Part shown: in pieces, positions 38,444-48,658 of the stretch | Numbering within the stretch: position 1 is the stretch's first letter | How the letters are laid out: the number at the start of each line of letters is the position of its first letter | Sequence record: NZ_CP024587.1 | Direction: 5' to 3' (one strand) | Source of the DNA: a plasmid | Length of the DNA: 64,000 nt | The notes under the pieces: generated by a model | Seen by the model: only the letters and a program-made list of their open reading frames with translations | Databases searched by the model: none | Told to the model about the DNA's origin: nothing | Program-made: the position numbers and the translations under genes

Positions 38444-38995
38444 CGCCGCGGCGCGGATCCGGGCGAGATCGAGGACGCCCTTCGCGCCCCAGCCCTTCGT
38501 CCCGGCTGCCACCTCCGGGCGGAACTGCTCATAGAGCCGGAAGGCCACCCGGTTCAGCTCATCCGGATCCAATGTGGCCGCCAACTCCTCCATCGCCTTC
38601 CTGACCGGCGCCAGATCCTCCCCGAAGGCCCTCCGGACATACCCGGCTGCCGCCTGCGCGGACGCCGGCTTGTCGTGATCGAGCGCGCGTAGCGACCCAT
38701 CCACCTCGACCACCGGCAGGTCGCGGCCGAGCAGATGCACCGCCTTCTGCCGATGCCTCCCCTGACCCTGCTTGCGCGCCTCGTCACGCAGGTCGCCGCT
38801 CTCATGCCCCTCCTCGGCGATGCCGATGGACTTCGCCTTCGCGCGGGCACTGAGGCCGGCGACGGCCCGGCCAAGCGTGATCGCCGTTTCGGGGTCATGC
38901 CCCAGGCGCTCGGCCACCACCGCGGCCCAGAGCGTCAACACCGGCGCCCGGTTCACCTGGACCGTCGGCCCCGCCTTCGTCCCGGTCATGCGCGT
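38444..38995 (-). CDS. Hypothetical protein, about 183 aa (MTGTKAGPTVQVNRAPVLTLWAAV...)
   Basis: The C-terminal part of a long reverse frame looks genuinely coding. The start is chosen at the first plausible Met. Upstream of that the frame runs antisense to another gene and is rejected. Confidence 0.35.
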
Positions 38996-39118
38996 CCATC
39001 CCATCCATCCCGCTCGCCTCAACGAGCGAGCGGCGGGACGGATGCGCCACGCCGGCTTCCACCATCCCGGCCATTGGCCGAGCCGGCGCCTCGCGGATTC
39101 CGGGGCAGAGCCAACACC

Positions 39119-39613
39119 ATGAAGATCGAACTCCGCAGTGTCAGCTACAACGCCGCCCTGAGCGAGGAGACGATGAACTTCCACGCCGACATCTGGATCG
39201 ACGGGAGGAAGGCGGGCTTCGCCCATAACCACGGGACCGGCGGCAACACCAACGTGCAGCCCAACACCCTGCGCCAGCGCCTCGACGAGTACGGCAGGAC
39301 TCTCCCGCAGGTGGACATCGGGACCGCCACGGGCGGCGAGCCGCGCATGATCACCCAGGACGCCGAGTGGATCGTGGACAGCCTCCTGACGGAATGGATC
39401 GTGCGGCGTGACCTGAAGCGGGCACTGAAGAACCGCGTCCTCTACACCCACACGGAGATGCCCGGGGTCTACCAGACCAAGGTGCTGAAACCGGACGAGA
39501 TGGCGAAGATCCTCGCGTCGACGGAGGTGAAAGCAAAGTGGAAGGTCAAGGCTTGGCTGAACACCATGCCGGAAGAGGAGGCCATCGCCATCTACCGGAA
39601 CAACGGTCGCTGA
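39119..39613 (+). CDS. Hypothetical protein, 164 aa, noticeably lower GC than its neighbours
   Basis: MKIELRSVSYNAALSEETMNFHADIWIDGRKAGFAHNHGTGGNT... Codon usage differs from the flanking DNA. Confidence 0.45.
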   Translation: MKIELRSVSYNAALSEETMNFHADIWIDGRKAGFAHNHGTGGNTNVQPNTLRQRLDEYGRTLPQVDIGTATGGEPRMITQDAEWIVDSLLTEWIVRRDLKRALKNRVLYTHTEMPGVYQTKVLKPDEMAKILASTEVKAKWKVKAWLNTMPEEEAIAIYRNNGR

Positions 39614-39642
39614 AACGCGCACGAGGGCAGGACGGAAGATGG

Positions 39643-39735
39643 CTGCCGCATCGTGGCGTCCGCCGCAAGGGAAGGCGGCTGCGCCGCCCGCGCGAAGCGC
39701 GCGCCCTTGCCCCGGCCGCCGCCGTCGCGGCCGGC
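39643..39735 (+). promoter_or_regulatory. Hairpin motif copy i (CTGCCGCATCGTGGCGTCCGCCGCAAGGG...GCGCGCCCTTGCCCCGGCCGCC)
   Basis: Followed by a 12-codon mini-ORF (39756-39794) and then the gene at 39826. Confidence 0.45.
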
Positions 39736-39825
39736 CAGAACGGGACAGGGGAAAGAATGGCCAGGCGCGGCAGCGGGCGTCCGGCAAATCCCTGATCCAT
39801 CCATGACGCTGCGGAGATCAGCCCA

Positions 39826-40037
39826 TGTCGGACCCGTTCCACGATGTTCACGCTCCGGGCCTGGAGGCCCGGACCTGCGGCGGAACCCATGATGCATGCG
39901 TGGAGATGGACCGCCTCTCGCAGCTGCTGTGCGCCTGCGACGACGGCGTGCTGACGGAGGAGGGCCTCCACGAGGCGGCCGTCCTCGCCGAGCGGCTGGG
40001 ACGCACTGACGAGCTGTTCGACGCACTGATGAAGTAG
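39826..40037 (+). CDS. Hypothetical protein, 70 aa, acidic
   Basis: ORF with a GGAG RBS. Confidence 0.4.
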
Positions 40038-40072
40038 CCGATGCCGCCCGCGCCCGGCCGGGTCATGATGGG

Positions 40073-40261
40073 CTACGCTGACTGCCTCTCCAGTAGCCGC
40101 AGGATCACCACCACCTCTCCCGGAGGGCCGATCTCGGCCCATCGGCGGACGCTGCGCGCCACGTCTCGCGCAGGGTGCCCGTGGTCCGTCAGCCACCGGC
40201 CGAACGCCGCCTGGGTGAACCCCAGATCAGCGAGGGCGGCGCGGAAATCCTCAGCGGTCAT
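40073..40261 (-). CDS. Small putative HTH DNA-binding protein (62 aa)
   Basis: MTAEDFRAALADLGFTQAAFGRWLTDHG... has an HTH-like character. The start is chosen at an internal Met, which gives an 11-nt overlap with the upstream gene. Confidence 0.3.
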   Translation of the reverse strand: MTAEDFRAALADLGFTQAAFGRWLTDHGHPARDVARSVRRWAEIGPPGEVVVILRLLERQSA

Positions 40262-40595
40262 CAATGATGCTCCTCCGGAGCGCCCGCATCCGACGCCCCC
40301 ATTCCCGGTGGTAGTCTGCTGTCGCCACAGCGGCGTCATAGGCTGCCTGTGCGTCCCCGGGCGGGCACATGCCCTGCCGGATCGTCATGACGCGACCCTG
40401 CACGGGCGATCCGTCCCTGAGCGGCATCACCAGATGCCACTCATCCCTGCGGGTCACCGGGTCGTGGACCTCGACCGCCAGGCATCCGCCACCCAACTGT
40501 CCGGTCAGGGCGCGGCGCATCGAGGCGGCGCTGTCCACCTCGTGCATGGAGCGCGGCGCCGCAGCCGACGAGTGTGCGAGTATCGCGATCCGCAT
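40251..40595 (-). CDS. Hypothetical protein, 114 aa
   Basis: ORF in a minus-strand trio. Confidence 0.35.
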   Translation of the reverse strand: MRIAILAHSSAAAPRSMHEVDSAASMRRALTGQLGGGCLAVEVHDPVTRRDEWHLVMPLRDGSPVQGRVMTIRQGMCPPGDAQAAYDAAVATADYHREWGRRMRALRRSIIDDR

Positions 40596-40604
40596 CGTCG
40601 CCTC

Positions 40605-40991
40605 TCACGCGTAGTAGGCGTAACGGACGGGCTCGCCCCACAGCGTGCCCTCGGCCTCACCAGCAAAAAAGCCGCGGCCGAAACCCGTGAACCGCAGTTC
40701 CTGCCCCGCCTCGGTGATCACCTGGGGAGCCACACTGCCGTTGTCGCGCATCAGGCGACGGGCCGTCCAGGACCGGGCGCTGGGGGCCGGGCGCGCAACC
40801 GGCGCGGCCGGGACAGCCATCGCGCCGATCGCTGCGATGACGCGGTCGGCCTCGCGACGGTTCACGAACACCGTGACGGTCAGGCCGTCCACCGAGCTGT
40901 CACGCGCGCCGGGCGCCAGCATGGTCTGCACCAGGGCAGACACCGCGCCCTTGATGCGGGGCAGTGGCGTCGATCCGGGTCTTGGCGCCAA
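40605..40991 (-). CDS. Hypothetical protein, 128 aa
   Basis: ORF. An AT-rich promoter-like region lies just upstream at 41000-41137. Confidence 0.35.
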   Translation of the reverse strand: MAPRPGSTPLPRIKGAVSALVQTMLAPGARDSSVDGLTVTVFVNRREADRVIAAIGAMAVPAAPVARPAPSARSWTARRLMRDNGSVAPQVITEAGQELRFTGFGRGFFAGEAEGTLWGEPVRYAYYA

Positions 40992-41137
40992 ACCGGCTGG
41001 TGGTGATAGAAACGCTCATCGTCTCGGTCTCTCCCGGCCGGACCTCATTGCCCTTGCCGATAACCAACATATAGGCGCATTTCACCTATCTAGTAACAGG
41101 AAAACGTACTCACCGGCCGATTTTTCGGAAACCACCG

Positions 41138-41743
41138 ATGCCCGCTGATATCCCCTGCGCCGAGGCCAACGCCACGGCCATCGCGTTCATGCGCCGAGGC
41201 GAAACCATGCCTGGCTGGTCAGGGCCAAAAGAGGAAGGGGTCCGTCTGATCTTGGACGCATCAGGGCTGACGCTGCTCAGCCTTTATGAAAGCCCCACCG
41301 CCCGGGAGATCCGTGGGGCGCGGACGGGGAAGATGCGTGTCGGCCTGCTGCCGATCGGCATGCACACACTGATGCTGCTCTACGATGTTGATCTGCTCAC
41401 CAACAGCTGGTCGGATGCCCCGTTCGCGCTGGGAGCGCAGGGCCCCGGGAACCGCACGCTGATGGCGCGCGAAAGGGGGCAGGGACGCCTCCTCATGTCC
41501 ATCATGGCGGACGCCACGAGCGGCATGGTGCATGCCCTGCGCGGCTTGAGCCTTACGCCGAGCTTCTGTGATGTCCTAGACGATCTGGTGGAAGCGCAGC
41601 GCGCTGCCCTGCCAACCTACACCCCGCAGGCCTATGCCGCTGAGCTGAACGCCGCCTATGCCCGATGGCCGACCTCGACGGCGATGGTGCCGCATGCCCG
41701 GATCGTCGAACGCGTCGGGTTGCCGATCGGCGAAGCGAGCTGA
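41138..41743 (+). CDS. Hypothetical protein, 201 aa
   Basis: ORF divergent from the minus-strand trio. Confidence 0.4.
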   Translation: MPADIPCAEANATAIAFMRRGETMPGWSGPKEEGVRLILDASGLTLLSLYESPTAREIRGARTGKMRVGLLPIGMHTLMLLYDVDLLTNSWSDAPFALGAQGPGNRTLMARERGQGRLLMSIMADATSGMVHALRGLSLTPSFCDVLDDLVEAQRAALPTYTPQAYAAELNAAYARWPTSTAMVPHARIVERVGLPIGEAS

Positions 41744-42525
41744 GTTAGTCAATCATCCTGGACGCCAGTCGGGCAACCGTTCGGACCCAAGGCTCGCACG
41801 GCGCATCTTCAACGCCTGGCGCATCGGAACCGCCATGCCGATGCCCGACATCGCTCGCCTGCTGGACGTCTGCGGCCATGGGGCGGCTGCCAGCCGGATG
41901 CGCCAGACGGCGCTGGAGGGCGGCAGCAATCCCGGCCTGACCCTCGAAGAAGTCACCGATCTCATCTCCTGCTGGGCGGACGAAACACGGGCTGCGCGAC
42001 GCAACGCCACGCCTTGAGGCGGGCTCGCGGGGTGCCCCCTTTCGCCGCCGTCGACCGCGATCCCGCGGAAAGGATGGCATTGGCGCCGCTGATGCCCGGC
42101 TCCTGACCAGTCCATAGAGGTCGGATCAGGGATAGGATGGAGGGGGAGGAGGGGAATAGAGGAGATTGGAGACGGGCCAGGGGAGATGTCCGAAGGACGA
42201 GAGTGGGGAGACGTGTGTCGGCTACCTGCCCGTGCCGGCCGCATATCCTCGGGGTGCTGCGGTCTGAGCCACGGCGCCGGCCGCTCCTACCCCCGCTTTC
42301 CCCGAAGCCGGGGAAAGCGCCTCCGGCTCGGCACGCTCGGTCAGGGGCCGGGGCCGCGCCTTGCGCGGGGCGATGCCCCGCTGCGGCGCAACCCCAACCC
42401 CCTCCCTCACATGCCTCGGGGGTAGGACCGCCCGCCACCGCGCCTCTGTTCGACCGCACCCGAGGATACGCGACCGGCACGGGCCGGAAGCCTCTTCGGG
42501 GAGAGAGAATGAAGAGGATCTGACG

Positions 42526-43014
<489 letters not shown>

Positions 43015-43123
43015 CGGCTCGCGCTCCGGTGCCCTTGGCGGGGCACCGGGCCGCTTCCCGCTGCTCCCGCTCCACCCCACCGGGCCGCCTGATGGCTGGC
43101 CCGGCTCACGAGGATTCCGCCCG

Positions 43124-43408
43124 ATGCCCGCAAGCCTGCTCGCGTCCATCGCCCCGCCGCGCCCGCATGCGCTCACCACCATCATCTGGGATACCATCCA
43201 CGAGGAGGGTTTCCAGGGCCTCTATGGCCGCTGCCACCTCACGAGCTCCTACCATCCCTATCGTTTCGCCTCACGCGAGGCCGCTGGCCGCTTCGCCGCC
43301 GCGATGTGCGAACGCCTCGGCTACGACGGCTTCCGCCTGGACACGCCCGGCCACCGACCGCCGCCGTTCCCTGCGGTGATGTTCGACGACTGCGAAATCC
43401 CGTTCTGA
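43124..43408 (+). CDS. Hypothetical protein, 94 aa
   Basis: ORF. Confidence 0.35.
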   Translation: MPASLLASIAPPRPHALTTIIWDTIHEEGFQGLYGRCHLTSSYHPYRFASREAAGRFAAAMCERLGYDGFRLDTPGHRPPPFPAVMFDDCEIPF

Positions 43409-43418
43409 GGAGCGTGGC

Positions 43419-43670
43419 ATGGGTTTCGTACTGATCTTCGACCCCGAGCCGCTGCTGAGCGCGCCGCAGTTCTTCGGCCCCTTCGCCTCCCAGTCAGCGG
43501 CCAAGCGGTATGCCGAGGCCACGGGGATGACCCTCGGTCGCGACTTCGACCAGGCCGCCGCCGAGGCGGACAGTCCGGAGGGGCACGGAACGACCGACTT
43601 CCCCTGCGCGGTGGCCGCCCTGCGGCCCGGCAATGCTGGCCCCCGGAACACCGTGGAGGAGCGGACCTGA
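43419..43670 (+). CDS. Hypothetical protein, 83 aa
   Basis: ORF. Confidence 0.35.
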   Translation: MGFVLIFDPEPLLSAPQFFGPFASQSAAKRYAEATGMTLGRDFDQAAAEADSPEGHGTTDFPCAVAALRPGNAGPRNTVEERT

Positions 43671-44059
43671 TGCTGCGCCAGTATCACGCCCCGCGCCGCC
43701 AGGGCGGCGACAACCCGCTCGGCGTCGGCACCATCGCCCTCGGCTCCGTCTTCTATCTCCAGGACGACGGCCACTGGCGCGCCCGCTTCCGCGGCGGCGC
43801 CAGCTGTCGCGCACCCTGGATCGTCGAGGCCTTCCTCAACGGGCAGTACCACGCCGCCCGCCGCGATCCCGCCACGGGCCACTGGCTCAGCATCTACGCC
43901 GCCAACCGCACCGACCTGGCCCTGGTGCGCTCCCTGCGCGACGGCCGCCGCCTCACCGTCGCGATCCGCCTCCTCCAGCTGCACGAGGACGAAGGCCTGG
44001 GGCTTCCGGACAACCGCTACCCGTCCTTGCCCCGGCCGCGTCAGCGCCCGGCGCACTGA
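43670..44059 (+). CDS. Hypothetical protein, 129 aa (ATGA-coupled to the previous gene)
   Basis: ORF. Confidence 0.35.
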   Translation: MLRQYHAPRRQGGDNPLGVGTIALGSVFYLQDDGHWRARFRGGASCRAPWIVEAFLNGQYHAARRDPATGHWLSIYAANRTDLALVRSLRDGRRLTVAIRLLQLHEDEGLGLPDNRYPSLPRPRQRPAH

Positions 44060-44334
44060 GGCCGCCCGCCCGGCCGAGGGGGGGTGGCCACGCCACCTTC
44101 CCTCCCCCCGACAGAAGGCCACCACCATGCCCGCGACCTCGTCCCACGACCGGCACGCTCATGCCCTCACCATGGCCAGCAGCCTCGCTTCCGCCCGTCG
44201 CTGGCAAAGCGAGGCCTGCGCCCTGCGCGAGCACGCTGCCCTGCCTCGCCTCACCGCCGCCCAACGTGCGCAGCTACTCCGCGAGGCCGAGGCCGCCGAC
44301 CGTCAGGCCCGCTTCTGGCTCGACGGCCCGCCCG

Positions 44335-44925
44335 TCACCCCGCCGGGCGACCGGCGCGACTGAGCGACCCACGCGGGGACGGCGGCAGCCACCACTCGTC
44401 CCCCGCCGCGTCGCGCTCGGCCGCAGGCCGCCACGTCTCGCCCCGGCGCGCCATCGACACCACCGTCGCCGCCGCCGACGCCTCCAGCGACAGACCATAG
44501 GCTTCCAGCGCCAGACGAGCCGCCTCCGTGGCCATCTCGTCCGCCCGGCGCCGCAGCACCTCCAGCCCGGCATCGCCACGGCGCTGCGACAGATCCGCCA
44601 CGCGAGCCTGCGCCGTCTCCGCCGCCGCCCATGCCTCGTCGGAGACCTCCCGCGCCGCTGTCGCCCGGCTGTCGTAGTCCAGCAGCAGCGACCGCAGCGC
44701 CGCATCCCGCCGGGCGCCCCGCTCCGGCGGCACGTTCGCCTCGACGAACCCCGCTACCGCCGCTTCCGCCCGCTCCCGCAGATCCGCCGCCGGCATGTCC
44801 AGCTGGAACGCCTCCGCGATCTGCAGCACGACCCGCACGTCTGGCACCGCCTCGTGCGCTGCGGCCTCCCGCTCGGGCAGCACCCGCAGCAGCGGGAACC
44901 GCACCACCTTGCCAACCTCCGTCAT
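44335..44925 (-). CDS. Hypothetical protein, about 196 aa
   Basis: Starts at MTEVGKVVRFPLL. An AT-rich divergent promoter region lies at 44926-45077. Confidence 0.4.
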   Translation of the reverse strand: MTEVGKVVRFPLLRVLPEREAAAHEAVPDVRVVLQIAEAFQLDMPAADLRERAEAAVAGFVEANVPPERGARRDAALRSLLLDYDSRATAAREVSDEAWAAAETAQARVADLSQRRGDAGLEVLRRRADEMATEAARLALEAYGLSLEASAAATVVSMARRGETWRPAAERDAAGDEWWLPPSPRGSLSRAGRPAG

Positions 44926-45077
44926 CGCCGCCTCCTGGCCGGATGATTCCATGGGGCGGAACATAGCCGGGATTTTGCGGAGAAGCAAGTAAGTAATTGA
45001 TATCACTACAATAAATTGGGGAGCCATGCCCCTTGCTCGCCCGCTCCGACCGTTCGTGTCACAAGGAACCCACGACC

Positions 45078-46058
45078 ATGGATCATCCGCAGCCCGACAT
45101 CCTCGGCGAGCTGGCCGCCGCTTACGCGAACCGTCCGGCGTTGCCCGACTGGTCCAGCGCCTGGGCGGCCCAGGGCGCCGCGGCCGCTGCCTCGCCGATC
45201 GCCGAGGCCCTCGCCCCGATGCTCAGCCAGCCCGACACGCCCCATGAAAGGGGCAACGCCGTCATCGCGCTGCTCCGCCGCCTGCACGGCATTCTCCCCG
45301 GTCTCCCGCCGGTCAATGCTGGCCCCATCCATGACCTTTGGCCGCCCGATCTCCGCGGTCGTTTCGTCCTCGCCGACGAGCGCATGGTCCACCCCTGGAA
45401 CCGGACCTGGCCCGCGGATGACGTCCTGCTGCTGGCCGAGGCCCTGGGTCGCGCCCAGCATCACCTTGGCGGCCGCGACGCCCTGGAAGCCGAGCTGATG
45501 CGTCTCGCCACCGGCCCCTGCGCCGAGGCCAGGCGCTCCGCTGAGGCTCATCGGATCGCCGCCGACGAGGGCCGGCGCCGCATCGAAAGCGTTCGCCGCT
45601 CGGCCGACGACACCCTGCTCCGCTATCTCCTGGCCGCCCTGACCCTGAACACCCTCCATCACGTCGACCAGGAGCGCTCCGACGAAGCCCGGCAGGCAGC
45701 CAGCCTCCGCTCCGAAGCCGGCATGTGGACCCTGGGGCCGCCCGACAGGGCCTACCTGAACACATGGGTGCGGCAGCTCTCCGATCTCCTCGCCGGACAG
45801 CCAGATCCATCAGGGATGCGCTACGCCGAGGAGTTCCTCCGCTGCGAAGCCTCCTATCACAGCACCGCTCTGCCGGAGGACGCCTCCCCAGCCGAGATCG
45901 TCGCCTGGCTCGTGCCGTTCCTGTACGCCGACGAGGCCATCGAGCTCTACCACCGCCTGGGCGCCGAGCCCTTCGAGGTGGACGCGACTGACGAAGCGGA
46001 CGACGCGGACGACGCGGACGGGGACGACTGCCCCGATGCCCCGCACTTCTCCCCGTGA
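45078..46058 (+). CDS. Hypothetical protein, 326 aa, acidic tail
   Basis: ORF from MDHPQPDILGEL. Confidence 0.4.
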   Translation: MDHPQPDILGELAAAYANRPALPDWSSAWAAQGAAAAASPIAEALAPMLSQPDTPHERGNAVIALLRRLHGILPGLPPVNAGPIHDLWPPDLRGRFVLADERMVHPWNRTWPADDVLLLAEALGRAQHHLGGRDALEAELMRLATGPCAEARRSAEAHRIAADEGRRRIESVRRSADDTLLRYLLAALTLNTLHHVDQERSDEARQAASLRSEAGMWTLGPPDRAYLNTWVRQLSDLLAGQPDPSGMRYAEEFLRCEASYHSTALPEDASPAEIVAWLVPFLYADEAIELYHRLGAEPFEVDATDEADDADDADGDDCPDAPHFSP

Positions 46059-46545
46059 GCCCCGCCATGGATGCAGCCGACCCACCATCCAAACCGGCCC
46101 CTGTCCAGCGTCCCGGCCAGCCAGCCCGATCCCGCTCGCGCCGGCCGCATCGTCGCCACCCCTGGCCTGCCCTTCGAGCACAACCGCGGCGTCTGCGGCC
46201 GCTGGGGCGCTCTGCGCCTCGCCTACGATCCCGCCAAGGGCAGCGACGGCACCTGGTTCTGCGAGGCACACGTCCCCGCCTCCTTCCACCGCTACCGTGG
46301 CGCCTGAGCCGTCTCGGCAAGACCGGCAGCAGAAACAGGGCACGTCCCCGCAAGCGGGGACCGGGCTCTACTCGGCCGCTTCGCGACCTCCCCAAGCCCC
46401 CTTCGGGGTCTTGGCCCTTCGGGTGACGATCCCTCGCGCAGGCGCCTGACCCCGGTGTAAACAGCAGCGGCCGCAGAGCAGGCTGAGCCGTCTTTCCTCG
46501 CTGGCGATGGCTTCCGCAGCGCCCGTCACCCGTTCCGGCGCCCCG

Positions 46546-46812
46546 TGTGTGGATCAGCCTTTCCCTCGCCCCTCTCTCCGGGCGGTAGCAGGACCGGGCT
46601 CCGCCCTGGCACGCCGGCTTAGGGCGACGACCCCGCGCCGCTGGCATGGCGAGTATTCGCTTGGCATTGCAAGTATAGCCGAAATATTCATGCGTCTCGA
46701 TTTGCCCCCGCCATGCCATCGTCTCGGGGCAGCCGCCCACGCCCGCGCACCAGGCCGGAACCCGGTCCTACTACCTGAGAGATGCGCGAGGGAAAGGCTG
46801 ATCCACACAAAC
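46546..46812. repeat. Long imperfect inverted repeat (arms about 70 bp at roughly 85% identity, spacer about 125 bp AT-rich) inside an 800-bp non-coding region; cruciform / MITE-like / structured RNA candidate
   Basis: Left arm GTGTGTGGATCAGCCTTTCCCTCGCC...GGACCGGGCTCCGCCCTGGCACGCC pairs with the reverse complement of ...GCGCACCAGGCCGGAACCCGGTCC...GCGAGGGAAAGGCTGATCCACACAAAC. Confidence 0.5.
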
Positions 46813-47106
46813 CTCCCGGCGCGCCTCCACTACCGTCCGTGCGCGCCCTCAACCCCCCCACAAGGGGGGGGCGTCGGACGCGCAACCTCCGGCGGGCAAA
46901 GGGCTCCGCCCTCTGCACTCCCGGCGCTCAGGAAAGTCTGATTATCTTCCTATTACTTGGGATGCCGCAGTTGATCGTTAGACTTTTACTGTGGACACCG
47001 GGCAGGATTACTTATATTCTTCTCTTGTTCCCGAGAGAGGGAACGGCCGGAAGGGCGGGCTGGAACCCCACCCCCCCGGCCTCACCAGAGACAGGAAATC
47101 GGATCA

Positions 47107-47822
47107 TGTCCCAGGCTCAGCAGAACATCGCTTCCGGCACCGTTTCCGACAAGGGCGAGGCTGACAACGCCATGGCCCAGGCCATCAAGGGCGCTACCCC
47201 CCGCAAGCCCGCTTCCAACAAGGGCAAGGGCAAGCAGCCCCAGCCCGCCAAGGACCAGGCCCGCGCGCCCGTTCGCGGCTCCATGGGCAGCCGCCAGACC
47301 ATCACCCTTGCCACCGCCGCCGCCCAGGCGCCCACCGCCGACCAGATGGCCCGCATTTGCAGGATGTTCGGCACCGAAGCCGTGGACGTGGACGGCATCC
47401 ATTCCGCGACCTCCGACAGCCTCATGCAGCAGGCGGAAGCCCTCCGGCCCAACCTCAGCGACAAGGCGATGGAGATGCACTTCCAGCGGATCGTCGGCGC
47501 CTATGTCGGCAGCGCCTATGGAGCCGCGCAGTTCTACGACGCGAAGCGCCTCGTGGCCCGCGACATGGCCAGCAAGTTGAACGAGATGCGCGACGAGGAC
47601 CGCGACGGCCCGAGCGGTTTCGAGAGCCGCTTGGAGCGTGCCCAGATGTTCGCCGCCGACATGGCCGCTCAGAGCTTCGCCACCCTGGCCGCCGCGGAAG
47701 GCGCGGTTGCTGCCTATGCCGAGATCACCGGCAACGAGTGGAAGCCTTACGTCGCCAACACCCCCGACACCCAGGCCGTCAGCCGTCAGGCCGCCACCCT
47801 CCGCGCTTCCGCTTTCGACTGA
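47107..47822 (+). CDS. Hypothetical protein, 238 aa, Ala/Gln-rich, lower GC
   Basis: MSQAQQNIASGTVSDKGE... with an AGGAAA RBS. Preceded by an AT-rich promoter-like tract at 46920-47100. Confidence 0.45.
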
Positions 47823-48311
47823 TCCCGCGATGGGCGGGGGCTTCGGCCTCCGCCCTGGCGGAACCCGCGGCCAGGGGGGCGCCGCCCTCCGGGCTTCGCC
47901 CCCCTGGACCCCCCAGGTTTCCCCAGGACCCACCGTTCCACACAAGACGCCCTGGCCGCCGGATCATGCGGACGGCGCTTCGCGCCGGACCATGCCTCAT
48001 GGCGTCCCCTTCGGGGCCGCGCCAGACCAGACCTCACCGCCCGGGGCCATGCCCCCTCCGGCGTGGCGGGGCCGCCCCTGCCGCAACGCCGCTTCGCGAC
48101 GCCGCGTCCGGCGCAGCCCAGCCACGCCAGGGCGCATGGCGGTGCCCACCATCACACACGGTTGACTAATTATAAAGATTATGTATCTAAAAAATGCTAC
48201 AGTACCAAATTAGATTTCAACCCGAGCTTCCGGCAATGCGGGTGTTCAGGACGTGGCCTTCCGCCAACGCCCTGCGAGGCCGGGCGCACCATCGAGCAGG
48301 AAGCCACAACC

Positions 48312-48593
48312 ATGTCCCAGACCTTCAGGATCAGGCTTCGAGAGATCACCTCCGCCAGCGGTTGTGTCGATTTCTACGTCACCGCCGAAACGCCCGAGGA
48401 AGCCGCCCAGATCCTCAGCACGGCCTACGAGGCCGCCCGCGCCAGCAACACCTCCGTCGTCACTCTCCCCGACGGCCAGGTCGGCATCATCGACCCCGAA
48501 AGCCCGGAGGTTGTCGGCGTGAGCTATCACCTTCTCGACGGCGCGGACGCCGAGATCGCCACCATCGCGCCTGCCGCCCCGAAGCCGAACTGA
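48312..48593 (+). CDS. Hypothetical protein, 93 aa
   Basis: ORF after an AT-rich tract (48150-48300). Confidence 0.4.
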   Translation: MSQTFRIRLREITSASGCVDFYVTAETPEEAAQILSTAYEAARASNTSVVTLPDGQVGIIDPESPEVVGVSYHLLDGADAEIATIAPAAPKPN

Positions 48594-48658
48594 CCTTCCT
48601 CGCCGGCAACCCCGGACGATCCGCGACACAACGTCACACCTCGTCCGACACCTTCCCC

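Noticed and set aside
38996-39787. Upstream 265 codons of the 449-aa minus-strand ORF
   Set aside because: That part runs antisense across the better-supported plus-strand gene 39119-39613 and motif copy i, and is compositionally non-coding. Only the C-terminal roughly 183 codons (38444-38995) were kept, at low confidence.
41658-42017. 119-aa plus-strand ORF downstream of the 201-aa gene
   Set aside because: No clear start or RBS, and it partially overlaps the preceding gene. Possibly a real small gene (MPMPDIARLLDVC...) but the evidence is too thin.
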